Positions 9,303 to 18,940 of a stretch of 46,991 bases of DNA are shown in pieces; the first letter of the stretch is position 1; every line of letters begins with the position of its first letter. The notes under the pieces are model-generated. The model saw only the letters and a program-made list of their open reading frames with translations. It was not told the origin of the DNA and did no database searches. The position numbers and the translations under genes were made by a program. This DNA is from a virus (Duplodnaviria; Caudoviricetes): the IMG/VR virus record IMGVR_UViG_3300005662_000071, positions 1 to 46,991 of that record, one strand, 5' to 3'.

Positions 9303-10795
9303 TTAACTCGCTATGCATAGTTGGCGGCGGCACCAGCGGCCTAATCACAGCTTTGATGATGAAACAAGGTTGGCCAAACTTAAAAATTACAATGATTGAA
9401 TCTAGTCAGATTGGCATTATTGGAGTAGGCGAAGGGTCTACTGAACATTGGAAGAAATTTATCAATCATATAGGCGTAAGTGTTTCTGAATTAGTTAGAG
9501 AAACCGGTGCTACATTTAAGGTCGGTATTAAATTTACCAACTGGCACGGGGACGGAACTCATTATTTTCATAGCCTAAGTGAACAGTACGGTGGCATGGC
9601 AACTGAAAACGGCTTACCATTTACCTGGATTAGAGCAGTTGGGGAAAACTGGGATCCGTTAGACACTGTGTGGAAACTAAGCCGAGACAGCAGACATGTT
9701 GAACCATTACATGAAATTTTAAGTCAATATCATTTTGATACACATAAATTAAATGATTTCCTACATAGGCTGTGTAGAGAACGTGGTGTAGAAATCATTG
9801 ATGCTGAAATCAATAATGTTGTTTTAGATCAACAAGGCGATGTTGAAAAATTAATTGATGCACAAGGTATAGAACATGCTTACGAGTTCTATGTAGACTG
9901 TAGCGGGTTTAAAAGAATTATTGGATCTAAATTAAATGCAAAATGGATCGATCGCACTAGTCAGTTGCCAATGAATAGTGCTATTGCATTTCAAACAGGC
10001 TACACTGAAGACATCCCTAGTTACACCGAGGCAACTGCACTGAGCAGTGGCTGGTGCTGGAGGATCCCAACACAGGAGCGATATGGTAACGGATATGTGT
10101 TTTGTGATCAATTTATTAACGAAACTAAAGCCTACGACGAAGTTAGCGAACACTATAAAAAATTAGATATCACCGACAATATTCAAGTAGGTAAAAAGAT
10201 TAAATTTGGTGCAGGGCATGTTGAAGAATTCTGGATGAAGAACTGTGTTATGATAGGCCTTAGTGGAATATTTGTTGAGCCACTAGAAGCTAGTAGCATA
10301 GGGACAACAATTCAACAATGCTTCTTATTACTGCCGGCAATAGCATTTTGGGAGAAGGGTGACACTAAAACCGCCCAGGGCTACAATAAGCACATGTCCA
10401 CGATTAGCAATAACATAGTAGACTTTATCCAACTACATTATTTTAGCCAGCGACAAGATTCAGAATTTTGGAAGTGGTGCCAACATAGTCTAGAGTGGAC
10501 CGACTTTAACAAAGAAAATATAGAATATTTTAAAAAACATTTTGTAAATCCTCATTACTTTAATGCACCGCTGATCATGTTTAGTTACTTAAATTACACT
10601 CAAGTCATGCACGGTCTTCGAATGTTTGATCGTAGTCGCATCAATGCATTATATAACGAACACTTTTTAAAGTATAAACCTAGTATAGATAGAGTGCTCT
10701 TAATTAATGAACATGATAACATTGAATCGTTCAGTCATAGAGAATCACTTAACAGATTAAAAGAAAGATATGACACAATTGAAATCAAAATTTGA
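9299..10795 (+). CDS. Flavin-dependent tryptophan halogenase family protein
   Basis: GGGTSG, IGVGEGS, ATFKVG, GWCWRIP, FVEPLEASS; close paralog of the preceding gene. Confidence 0.92.
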   Translation: MINSLCIVGGGTSGLITALMMKQGWPNLKITMIESSQIGIIGVGEGSTEHWKKFINHIGVSVSELVRETGATFKVGIKFTNWHGDGTHYFHSLSEQYGGMATENGLPFTWIRAVGENWDPLDTVWKLSRDSRHVEPLHEILSQYHFDTHKLNDFLHRLCRERGVEIIDAEINNVVLDQQGDVEKLIDAQGIEHAYEFYVDCSGFKRIIGSKLNAKWIDRTSQLPMNSAIAFQTGYTEDIPSYTEATALSSGWCWRIPTQERYGNGYVFCDQFINETKAYDEVSEHYKKLDITDNIQVGKKIKFGAGHVEEFWMKNCVMIGLSGIFVEPLEASSIGTTIQQCFLLLPAIAFWEKGDTKTAQGYNKHMSTISNNIVDFIQLHYFSQRQDSEFWKWCQHSLEWTDFNKENIEYFKKHFVNPHYFNAPLIMFSYLNYTQVMHGLRMFDRSRINALYNEHFLKYKPSIDRVLLINEHDNIESFSHRESLNRLKERYDTIEIKI

Positions 10796-12326
10796 TGCTG
10801 TAGTATTAGGCGGCGGCAGCGCCGGTTGGCTTACAGCATTGTTCTTACAACGTAGTTGGCCATCTTTAAAAATAGCAGTAGTTGAGGATCCTAAACGTCC
10901 ACCTATTATTGCAGGTGAAAGTGGTACTACTACTTTTGTTAGTCTCATGCGATATCTTAAGATTGATGTTGATGATTTTATAAAAGAAGTAAATGCTACT
11001 CCTAAGCTAGGTGGCAAGTTTACAGATTGGAACGGTGTAGGAACAGAGTTTATTCATTGTCTTCAAACTGATCACGCACCTTGGCTCGACGGGTGGACTG
11101 ATTTTGCCGATTCAGAATTAAGTAAACAAGATCTTAAATTAGGGTCGCTCGTTAATATAATGACTGCAGAGCGTCACAAGGATGTATACCTAAGAACGCT
11201 GATTGCCAACGAGATTCCCTTAGCCGATGCATTCTTAGCATCGATGTTTATTAAAGAAAATAAAGTTCCGTTTGGTTCAACTAGCGAAATTCCTTGTATC
11301 CCAATGTGGCATTTTGAAAGTAGATCTGCGGCAGCATACTTTAAGAAGTTAGCACTATCAAGAGAAATAACGCATATTGAAGGTGAATACTTGTCAAGTG
11401 TGCAACAGAGTGACGGTAATATTGAACATATCAAAATAGACTCAAACCGTGAAGTGTACGCTAATTGGTTTTTTGATTGTTCTGGGTTTGCTAGATTATT
11501 ACTAGGCAAAGTTTTAAATGAAGAATTCATTGATTATACAAACTACTTTCCAGCTAGAGCAGTAGTAGCATGGTGGGATGACCCGTGCTATTGTACAACT
11601 ACAAATGCAACTGCAATGCAATACGGTTGGTCATGGAATATTAATTTGCGTCATCGATCTGGCAATGGCTACATCTACGACCCGGATCATATAAATTTAG
11701 ATCAAGCTATCGGCGAAGCAGAAAAAAGATTTAATAAAAAAATAGAACCTATTGCTAATTTTCAGTTTACTCCTGGAATTATGAAACGTGCATGGTCAAA
11801 GAATGTTATAGGTGTTGGCCTTAGTACTGGATTCTTAGAACCGCTAGAAGCAAATGGAGTTGCAGTGATTATTGAAACACTTTATGCACTACAAGATCAT
11901 TGGAAGCCTACCTCCGAGAATAATGTTAGATCTATAGAACATTTTAACAGTAGAGTATTTGCAATAACTGAAGATATTCGAGACTTTCTAGCATTGCATT
12001 ATAGAGGTCAGCGTCGAGATACTGAATTCTGGCGCAGTCATGCTTTTGATAAGCAACGGACTCCAGAAACTCTATCTAAGATCTTAGACAATTGGGGCAA
12101 TTTTTTTAACAATAACGGGCCGGAGCCGTTTGTACATGGGTATAGTCCAACTGCATGGTTAATGGTTTTACAGGCATTAAAGGTGTTTCCTGCTAGTTAT
12201 TTGGCAAAAGTCCATGCAAGAAACTTATCTACCGGAAAAGCTGTACTAGATATCAATCAAAATAAATATAAAACTATTGTTAATCCATTCTGGACAATAG
12301 AGCAGTGGATTGAAAAGACTGCATAA
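10770..12326 (+). CDS. Flavin-dependent tryptophan halogenase family protein (divergent)
   Basis: GGGSAG, IIAGES, ATPKLG, GWSWNINL, FLEPLEANG, LHY..RRDTEFW. Confidence 0.9.
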   Translation: MTQLKSKFDAVVLGGGSAGWLTALFLQRSWPSLKIAVVEDPKRPPIIAGESGTTTFVSLMRYLKIDVDDFIKEVNATPKLGGKFTDWNGVGTEFIHCLQTDHAPWLDGWTDFADSELSKQDLKLGSLVNIMTAERHKDVYLRTLIANEIPLADAFLASMFIKENKVPFGSTSEIPCIPMWHFESRSAAAYFKKLALSREITHIEGEYLSSVQQSDGNIEHIKIDSNREVYANWFFDCSGFARLLLGKVLNEEFIDYTNYFPARAVVAWWDDPCYCTTTNATAMQYGWSWNINLRHRSGNGYIYDPDHINLDQAIGEAEKRFNKKIEPIANFQFTPGIMKRAWSKNVIGVGLSTGFLEPLEANGVAVIIETLYALQDHWKPTSENNVRSIEHFNSRVFAITEDIRDFLALHYRGQRRDTEFWRSHAFDKQRTPETLSKILDNWGNFFNNNGPEPFVHGYSPTAWLMVLQALKVFPASYLAKVHARNLSTGKAVLDINQNKYKTIVNPFWTIEQWIEKTA

Positions 12327-12329
12327 ATA
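12322..12329 (+). promoter_or_regulatory. Late promoter-like motif CATAAATA
   Basis: Overlaps the stop codon of the third halogenase and is followed by GAGGAG and ATG 12350. Confidence 0.55.
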
Positions 12330-12349
12330 CACTGTTAGAGGAGATTTAC

Positions 12350-12520
12350 ATGGCTACATACAAAATGATCCTAAGAGACGCGGATAATCCGGATACATCG
12401 GACCTACACGTTTTCGAAGTTCTTATCACAGCAGATAACAGGCAACAGGCTCAAGCACTCTGTGAACAGCAACACGGATTTAAAAACATTGTTGCAGGCC
12501 CAATTAAAGTTGAAGATTAA
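12350..12520 (+). CDS. Small 56-aa hypothetical protein missing from the ORF track
   Basis: MATYKMILRDADNPDTSDLHVFEVLITADNRQQAQALCEQQHGFKNIVAGPIKVED*. Strong GAGGAG RBS, own promoter motif, and it fills the gap exactly. Confidence 0.8.
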   Translation: MATYKMILRDADNPDTSDLHVFEVLITADNRQQAQALCEQQHGFKNIVAGPIKVED

Positions 12521-13131
12521 TTATTGCGTAGAATGTAGTGCTCTAGCTCGCCTATTCTACGCAATTCAGGACTAGCATATTCAAAGGGCAGTCCTAGGCA
12601 AGACCTAGTATCCCATTTTAAACACGCATCAGCTCCGTTAATATCGACATACTGCAAAAAGCATTGAACTTGGCGGGATCCTTTAAATGGCTCCCGCCAA
12701 TGTTCATTTTTACGTCCGCTATAAATTACCAAATCTCCAACATCTAACAAAACTTCCAGTACTGTGCCGTCATCTTGTTTGATAAACAGCGGCCAGTCGA
12801 CTGCGTCTTTTTCAACACAAACACTAATAGTTACTTCGCTACTTTGTCGATCCTTATGCACTGATAAATCTGAACCTGTATAATAAATTCTAGCATACGA
12901 ATATGTAGGTGCTAGTTTCTTTGATGTTTCTTTTTCAATCAATGGTAGTAATTTAACACTTAATGCTTCAAACATTAAAGGACTATACCTAGCAAAACTG
13001 TTAGAACATAAATCTGCAAAATCTTGGTTAGGATATAACACTTTACAAACGTCTTCCATCATAGAAAATTCTAAAGAAAGAAATTCGCACATTTCTAATG
13101 ATACAGCATTTTTTACAATTATTGGTGTCAT
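12517..13131 (-). CDS. Fe(II)/2OG oxygenase (phage type)
   Basis: PTYSYARIY..LSVHKDR (HxD)..GDLVIYSG..EHWREPF..QCFLQYVD. Confidence 0.85.
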   Translation of the reverse strand: MTPIIVKNAVSLEMCEFLSLEFSMMEDVCKVLYPNQDFADLCSNSFARYSPLMFEALSVKLLPLIEKETSKKLAPTYSYARIYYTGSDLSVHKDRQSSEVTISVCVEKDAVDWPLFIKQDDGTVLEVLLDVGDLVIYSGRKNEHWREPFKGSRQVQCFLQYVDINGADACLKWDTRSCLGLPFEYASPELRRIGELEHYILRNN

Positions 13132-13739
13132 AGCAGTGGCATTAAACTCATGTTAACAAACGGACGTTCTACGTAATCTCTTATCATAGGATGTTCTGGC
13201 AGTACATGCACATCAAAACCGATGGTAGTCCTAAAACCGTCATACGGCTCTAACACTTCTACTTTGTGTAATCTGTTTCCAGGACCAAAATAGATCTGGC
13301 CAGGTTTATTGTCAATTGCATAATTTTCAAAAACAGTTCTAGTGTTTTTTGGATCTATTGCAATATATCCGTGATAGTCAAAGTCATGATGATGCCAGTC
13401 TAACACCTCGTCAGGTCTATGATAATTTACCCATGCTTCAAACCACAACGGTCGAGTGTCACCCAGATCGTTTCGTATTACGCTTCTTAGTTCTTTATAG
13501 ATCTGATAAAACGTGCTCGACGGAGCAGTTAATGCAAATATGTTGTATTTGGTATAAGCCCATGTTGACGATTCTTCTGGAAATAATTTCTTAAAATTAT
13601 TATGGGCAACTCTTAGATCTTCTTGAATGTTATCGAGATTGTTGGCTATAAAGTCTGACTGATGGACAGAATACTTGTCTGAAGTTGTATCAAACACATG
13701 AGTGCTGGGCATTTGATAATTTAGTTTAATATCTGTCAT
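13128..13739 (-). CDS. Putative Fe(II)/2OG oxygenase-like protein
   Basis: AWVNYH..LDWHHHD..HGY..GNRLHKV..RTTIGFD has the DSBH His..His..Arg layout. Confidence 0.7.
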   Translation of the reverse strand: MTDIKLNYQMPSTHVFDTTSDKYSVHQSDFIANNLDNIQEDLRVAHNNFKKLFPEESSTWAYTKYNIFALTAPSSTFYQIYKELRSVIRNDLGDTRPLWFEAWVNYHRPDEVLDWHHHDFDYHGYIAIDPKNTRTVFENYAIDNKPGQIYFGPGNRLHKVEVLEPYDGFRTTIGFDVHVLPEHPMIRDYVERPFVNMSLMPLL

Positions 13740-14356
13740 AGTATCTTTTCTAGGTTAATATTTAATACGCATCTAAATTTAGAATTTTTAGCAATTGACG
13801 ATGAATGATAGTATTTGCCGGGAAATATTAGTATCTTACCTTGTTTAGGAGTTACTCTCTTTTTTATTGTAAATTTATCAGATTGTATGCGCATGATATC
13901 ATCTTGGCCACTGCTATAGTTGTCATTAGTTTCGTTGAAAATTACAGTGTCACCGTCGCTGTCATTTACATAATAAATTGCGTTCATATGCGGGAAAAAA
14001 CTATCAATGTGAGGCATATGATAATCTTCAATTGCCGATGAATTAGGCAATGTTAAGTTAGCTCTCATTCTTACTAGTCTGTTAAACTGCAATTTAGTTT
14101 GACTAGTAATAGATAGCACTAGAGGATAAAACAAGTTAAACCATTGACTTGAGTATTTTCCCTGTTCATAAAAATAGTGATTAAACCCTACATGATTTTG
14201 AGGGTTGTCCGCTGCCCATTGGTCACCGGATACCATGTTGGTATTAAGTATCCAAGGAAATTCTTGGCTAGTCATAGTTTGCAATAGATGTCGTTGATAG
14301 TCTACTGGTATAACATTTTCAATTTCTATAATATCTAAATCAGTATTCATTGCCAT
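13736..14356 (-). CDS. Fe(II)/2OG oxygenase
   Basis: FPW, MPHID (HxD), IYYVNDSDGDT, IFPGKYYHSSS, RCVLNIN; paralog of 15656-16231. Confidence 0.85.
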   Translation of the reverse strand: MAMNTDLDIIEIENVIPVDYQRHLLQTMTSQEFPWILNTNMVSGDQWAADNPQNHVGFNHYFYEQGKYSSQWFNLFYPLVLSITSQTKLQFNRLVRMRANLTLPNSSAIEDYHMPHIDSFFPHMNAIYYVNDSDGDTVIFNETNDNYSSGQDDIMRIQSDKFTIKKRVTPKQGKILIFPGKYYHSSSIAKNSKFRCVLNINLEKIL

Positions 14357-14958
14357 GTGCCAAAAAAGTTAATTGTTAATCTTGTGTTTTCTTTAGAGTT
14401 GCCAAAGAATCTATCAGCACTGTGCCAATGATTGGGGTGAAACATTACGCATCTATTAAATTCGTTCTCAACAGTCATTGTCTTGTTAAAAAAGGATTGC
14501 TGTCGTTGTTTTGCAGTTTCAAACTTTGTTCGATCTGCCGGTTCTGAATTATATTCATCTAGTGCCAAATGCATAAACGTTTCTTCGGTAAAGTTGGCAT
14601 AGTTATAAAACCCAGTTCCGGTGCCCCTAGGAGCAATAGGGTTTAGATAAATCATCCCTGCAATGTTGTAGTGTGGCTCATCTTGATGTATCCAGCCTGT
14701 TCCAAACGTTTCATCTACTAGAGCAAATGTAATTTCTAGATGCGGGAAATCTTTAGCACCGTGGCAGTGTTTAATTAACTTTCTAGCTAGACCGGCAAAC
14801 AAATCAGGATTAAGTTTGTTTAATGGTTTAGTACGTAGACCTGGATAAGGTGCAAGTTCATCTCGATAGTATTCCTGTTTTAATGCATACTCTCTCCACA
14901 AGTCCGGAGACTCAAGAAATGTATCAATAACCTTAATTGGAGTGTAGGGGATCTTCAT
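14347..14958 (-). CDS. Fe(II)/2OG oxygenase-like protein (DUF6445-like)
   Basis: IDTFLESPD..REYAL, YPGLRT, WIHQD, GMIYL, NRCVMF..WHS, RLT..FF. Confidence 0.8.
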   Translation of the reverse strand: MKIPYTPIKVIDTFLESPDLWREYALKQEYYRDELAPYPGLRTKPLNKLNPDLFAGLARKLIKHCHGAKDFPHLEITFALVDETFGTGWIHQDEPHYNIAGMIYLNPIAPRGTGTGFYNYANFTEETFMHLALDEYNSEPADRTKFETAKQRQQSFFNKTMTVENEFNRCVMFHPNHWHSADRFFGNSKENTRLTINFFGTWQ

Positions 14959-15659
14959 GATGCTTTAATAAAAAATACCTGTGTTAATCTGCTGTCTTCT
15001 ATAGTTTTTCCAAAGAACTCCTCTGCACTATGCCAACATCTTGGATCAAAAATTATACATCTATTATAGACACTTTCGATATTAACACTAGGAGTAAAAT
15101 GACTTACCTGCTCTTCTCTATACTTTGCATAATTATAACGCTCTTCAGTTGATGCTGTCAATACATCTTCCATAAAGATACTTGAGTATTTTTCTCCGTC
15201 AAAATCATTTTGATCTTGGTATATAGTGGTGCCAGAACCTAATATTGTACCTTTGTTTAGGTATATTACTCCTGCAATGTTTAGTTTAGGGTCATCGTCG
15301 TGTACCCATCCTCTTCCATAGCTCTCGTCTATATACTGGAACGTAGTTTGTAATTCTTCAAATCGTGTAAATCCGTATTGGTGTACTACGGTTAACAATT
15401 TTCGCATAGTTATTCGAAAAATATCTTGGTTTAATTCATGTAAGAATTTTGTACGCAATCCAGGCCAGCTGCCTCGATCACCTTTAAAAAACTCTTGGCT
15501 CAGGGCATATTCTCTCCATAGATCCGGATCTTCATAAAAGTTGTCAATGGCCATAGTAGGCAAGTAAGGGTTAAGAAATCTGTTTTTAATTCCAGATTGC
15601 TTAATAAAGGCCTTGCTCTGTTCGCCCATCTGTAATAAATGATTTACGTGGTCTGTCAT
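14955..15659 (-). CDS. Fe(II)/2OG oxygenase-like protein (DUF6445-like), tandem paralog
   Basis: IDNFYEDPD..REYAL, WPGLRT, WVHDD, GVIYL, NRCIIF..WHS, RLTQVFF. Confidence 0.8.
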   Translation of the reverse strand: MTDHVNHLLQMGEQSKAFIKQSGIKNRFLNPYLPTMAIDNFYEDPDLWREYALSQEFFKGDRGSWPGLRTKFLHELNQDIFRITMRKLLTVVHQYGFTRFEELQTTFQYIDESYGRGWVHDDDPKLNIAGVIYLNKGTILGSGTTIYQDQNDFDGEKYSSIFMEDVLTASTEERYNYAKYREEQVSHFTPSVNIESVYNRCIIFDPRCWHSAEEFFGKTIEDSRLTQVFFIKAS

Positions 15660-16231
15660 TTTTTATTTGCTGTAAAATTAATAGTTAGTGCAATGCGTTT
15701 AGCAAACATCTTAGGACAGCTACTAGCATGATAGTGCCATCCGTTAAACATTAATAGTTTACCTTTCTCAGGTGTACTTTTATGCATAGGACGATATTTT
15801 TCAGCTTGTTCAATCTCGTGAAATATTACAGTATCCCCATCTGCTTGATTTACATAATAAATTGCAGTCCAGTGCTCTTGTTCAAAATCTCTGTGCGGAG
15901 TATTATGTTTATACTGTAACTGAGGCAAGGCATATTTTGTATTCATTAAAAATCCTAGTCTCATTCTCAATAACGATTGTAGTTCATAACCTGTTTTTTC
16001 TAATACGTTATCTAATAAGGGTTTAAAGAAATCATAATAAGGATTAGACTCGTTATTAGGATGATATATTAAATTAACAAAACTAGGTGTTGATACATTT
16101 GGATCGTTTGATCGCTCAAAGGTAGTGTCTTCTAAAAAATGCCAAGGAAACTTAATGTCTGTTACTGTCTTATAAATTTCGTCTTGATACGATGTGTCAA
16201 TTACATTTAATAATTCTATGGGTTTAAACAT
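15656..16231 (-). CDS. Fe(II)/2OG oxygenase
   Basis: FPW, TPHRD (HxD), IYYVNQADGDT, FNGWHYHASS, RIALTINF. Probable start at MFKPIE (16231); the track begins at 16261. Confidence 0.85.
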   Translation of the reverse strand: MFKPIELLNVIDTSYQDEIYKTVTDIKFPWHFLEDTTFERSNDPNVSTPSFVNLIYHPNNESNPYYDFFKPLLDNVLEKTGYELQSLLRMRLGFLMNTKYALPQLQYKHNTPHRDFEQEHWTAIYYVNQADGDTVIFHEIEQAEKYRPMHKSTPEKGKLLMFNGWHYHASSCPKMFAKRIALTINFTANKK

Positions 16232-16943
16232 TGGGATTAATCCTATACATATTTCTATCAATTCTATTTTCTTCTGGATCTGTAGGGAATCTATTCCAGC
16301 AAGGAATGCTCATACTTAATCTCTTGCCTGTTGGATATGCGCAATGATACATTCTTGATGGGATATACAGTGCGTCACCGGGTGATAATTCTACATCAAT
16401 TGCAACATCTAGGTCGTTGGCACTTAGTCGATTATTCATAGTGCCAACTTTATACATATAAGAAATTCTGTTATTGAATACTTTCCATCTAGTAGTACCT
16501 TCAACTTGAATAATAAAGTTACAAGGATAATCATCGTGAATTGTAAAAGATTTAGAATCAGTTAGGCCACAATAAACATGTATTGCTGAATTAACATCAA
16601 ACATCCTTTCAAATATGTCTAACAAATGATTAGTTTTTTCGTTATAAAATCCGTAATTCATTATTATTAGACTGTGTCCTTGATGAAACTTTTCAAATAA
16701 GAACTTTTTATTTTGTGCAGTTTTTCCGTACATCCAGGCTTTTGTTGATCTTGGTATGTCAACTTTAAGACCGGTGTTATCAATCATCTCAAAATCGTAG
16801 AGGTACGGATTGTTCATACAATTTTCAACGTCTTGCCAGGACAATAATTCTCCAGGATTAGCTAATAATTGTTTGAAAAAATGAGGCTTGTCGTCTACTA
16901 ACAAATTAGTTTCGTTGAGTATGCGTTGACCTATAGTATTCAT
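16224..16943 (-). CDS. JmjC/Cupin_4 oxygenase (ROX: YcfD/NO66-like)
   Basis: SFTIHDDYPCNFIIQVEGTTRWKV and LSPGDALYIPSRMYHCA..LSMS match the JmjC ribosomal-oxygenase signature. Confidence 0.85.
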   Translation of the reverse strand: MNTIGQRILNETNLLVDDKPHFFKQLLANPGELLSWQDVENCMNNPYLYDFEMIDNTGLKVDIPRSTKAWMYGKTAQNKKFLFEKFHQGHSLIIMNYGFYNEKTNHLLDIFERMFDVNSAIHVYCGLTDSKSFTIHDDYPCNFIIQVEGTTRWKVFNNRISYMYKVGTMNNRLSANDLDVAIDVELSPGDALYIPSRMYHCAYPTGKRLSMSIPCWNRFPTDPEENRIDRNMYRINPNV

Positions 16944-17538
16944 CGTCTGTCCTTATTATTTTTGTGTTGAATGATATTGATATCCTATCGTTGTCGGTTT
17001 CATTTTGATCAACACCGTGCGGAAGCCACCCGGGAAACATTATTAATTTTCCAGTCTCTGGTGTAAATGCTATTGCACTATTATTAATTTGTGTGTATTT
17101 TGCAATCCGTGCGGCACTTGCAATGGCAAAATCTTGGCTATAAGATTTATAAAAATTTATGTTGCCCTGGCCCGGGCCAGCTTTTAAATAAAATGCACCT
17201 GACATAAAACTATTATCATGTATATGTACAGAATTTGAGTGATACCTACGATTAACATTTATCCATAAATTTTCTAAAACAGTAAAACAACTAGCAGGAT
17301 CATACCCAAAATCTAATACACATTGTTCAGTTTGTTTTATAATTTTTTGTTCAATATCTGCAAACTCTGCATATACTCCGGGTCTAAAATCATGACTTTG
17401 CCAACCGCCTTGATTGCTCAGTCGGCGCCCTTGCGGATCTTTTTGCATTAATCGATATGTTAGATCGATCATGGGGTTGGTGTCAATACCAGTATGTTCC
17501 CACCAAATTGGCGTTGGAAAATAAAAGTCTAAGTTCAT
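16906..17538 (-). CDS. Putative Fe(II)/2OG oxygenase, TIGR02466-like
   Basis: FPTPIW, SNQGGWQS, WINVN, VHIHDNSFMSGAFYL, FPGWLPHGV, RISISFN. Start at MNLDFY (17538, ATGA overlap); the track begins at 17604. Confidence 0.9.
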   Translation of the reverse strand: MNLDFYFPTPIWWEHTGIDTNPMIDLTYRLMQKDPQGRRLSNQGGWQSHDFRPGVYAEFADIEQKIIKQTEQCVLDFGYDPASCFTVLENLWINVNRRYHSNSVHIHDNSFMSGAFYLKAGPGQGNINFYKSYSQDFAIASAARIAKYTQINNSAIAFTPETGKLIMFPGWLPHGVDQNETDNDRISISFNTKIIRTDDEYYRSTHTQRN

Positions 17539-18341
17539 TTTAAAATATCCCTCATAGTCATTGATTGACGCTGAAGATGGCTGAACGCAAATGCATGACT
17601 CCATCTAAAATCTACATCGGATGTGATATGCGGATTATGACACACACCTGATGGATATATTGTCATGGTGCGTTCTTTGGTAGGGATACTACCTAGTAAT
17701 TCAAACCCCCATCTAGCTAACTCGCTGTCTGATAGGTTGAACCAACTATCGGCGCGATGCGGAATTTCGCTTTTACTTTTCCACTCTTCGTGTAGTGGAT
17801 GCTGTGTATCTATCTGGAAGTCGTATAATTCGTTGCTCATGATCCCGTGATACTTGTAGAGCTTTGTTGAGCTCGTTGACACAGCATGGTCTGTAAACCA
17901 TAAATTCCCTACTATACCGTGAACATAATCAATGTGTGGAATTCTCCAACATTTTATAGGTTTAGCTTTTTCTTTAAAGTAAACGTTTCCCCATTCGTGA
18001 ATTTGAGGATCAACAATATCTGCACTATTAAATGTTTTTAGATATAGCTCTCGTAATAAGAAACAAATATCCTTACTGATCCACTCGGGAACATGAATCG
18101 TATCGAACGGGTTTGGATCAAAATTACTAGGGTGATTATTATCTTTTTGTATAGGAAAACTTGCAATTAAATTTTTAAATAGGTCGAACATTTCGTCTGT
18201 CTCAAACGGATGTTCAGCTTCCCAATATCCTATTCCGTAGTCTAGCTCTATGTAATTACGTTGCCAACTATCAAGAGTCTTTAACTTTATTACTTCGTTA
18301 AAGTGATTAGCATCCGGGTAGCATATTTTAAAATCAATCAT
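17535..18341 (-). CDS. Putative Fe(II)/2OG oxygenase-like protein
   Basis: RIPHID (HxD), VGNLWF, IYPSGVCHNP, FRWS; divergent. Confidence 0.6.
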   Translation of the reverse strand: MIDFKICYPDANHFNEVIKLKTLDSWQRNYIELDYGIGYWEAEHPFETDEMFDLFKNLIASFPIQKDNNHPSNFDPNPFDTIHVPEWISKDICFLLRELYLKTFNSADIVDPQIHEWGNVYFKEKAKPIKCWRIPHIDYVHGIVGNLWFTDHAVSTSSTKLYKYHGIMSNELYDFQIDTQHPLHEEWKSKSEIPHRADSWFNLSDSELARWGFELLGSIPTKERTMTIYPSGVCHNPHITSDVDFRWSHAFAFSHLQRQSMTMRDILK

Positions 18342-18940
18342 TTTATGTTAAAGGTCATTACTATGCGTTCTTCATCGGTTAGATTAGGTTGTACTCTATG
18401 CTTTAGCCACCCTGGGAATATCAGTACATCGTTAGTAGCAACTTCAACTTGGGAATATAAAGTAGTTTCAGGTATAATTGGAAACGTACTCTTATGATAC
18501 TCTAACGGATCTTTAAATTCGATATTTCCAGAATTAGGCGGAGCTTTGAGGTAACAACTGGCAACAAACGTTCCAAAATTATGTATATGTTCATCTGTGT
18601 AACCGCCACGATGGTGACGATTACACCAAGAATTTATAACTTCGGAATAGTTATGAACAAATTTGTAACAGTTGCGAATTTCTGCAACCTTTGTCCCTAG
18701 CCACATTTGAAACTTTTCTAATTCTAACCATGTGTGAGGTTGATAGCTGTTATCAACTGATACTGTTGAGATTGCATCTCCTTTTTCTAAGGCAGAATTT
18801 ATCTCTACTTTGGAAAATAAATCTTCTAATTTAGGTCGAAGTTCATCTAAATTAAAAGTGTAATTATATTTCCAAATTAAAGGCGGAAACGTGTATAGTC
18901 CGCCATCAGGCCGCAGTACTTGCTGACTCATAGGTCTCAA
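18338..18940 (-). CDS. Putative Fe(II)/2OG oxygenase, TIGR02466-like
   Basis: SWCN..DEHIH..YLKAPPNSGNIEFKDP..IFPGWLKHRV..RIVMTFNI. Confidence 0.9.
   Translation of the reverse strand: MRPMSQQVLRPDGGLYTFPPLIWKYNYTFNLDELRPKLEDLFSKVEINSALEKGDAISTVSVDNSYQPHTWLELEKFQMWLGTKVAEIRNCYKFVHNYSEVINSWCNRHHRGGYTDEHIHNFGTFVASCYLKAPPNSGNIEFKDPLEYHKSTFPIIPETTLYSQVEVATNDVLIFPGWLKHRVQPNLTDEERIVMTFNIK

Noticed and set aside
5973-18940. Fe/2OG radical halogenases (SyrB2/WelO5 type)
   Set aside because: Those replace the acidic ligand with Ala or Gly (HxA/G); every enzyme here has HxD, HxE or HxH.
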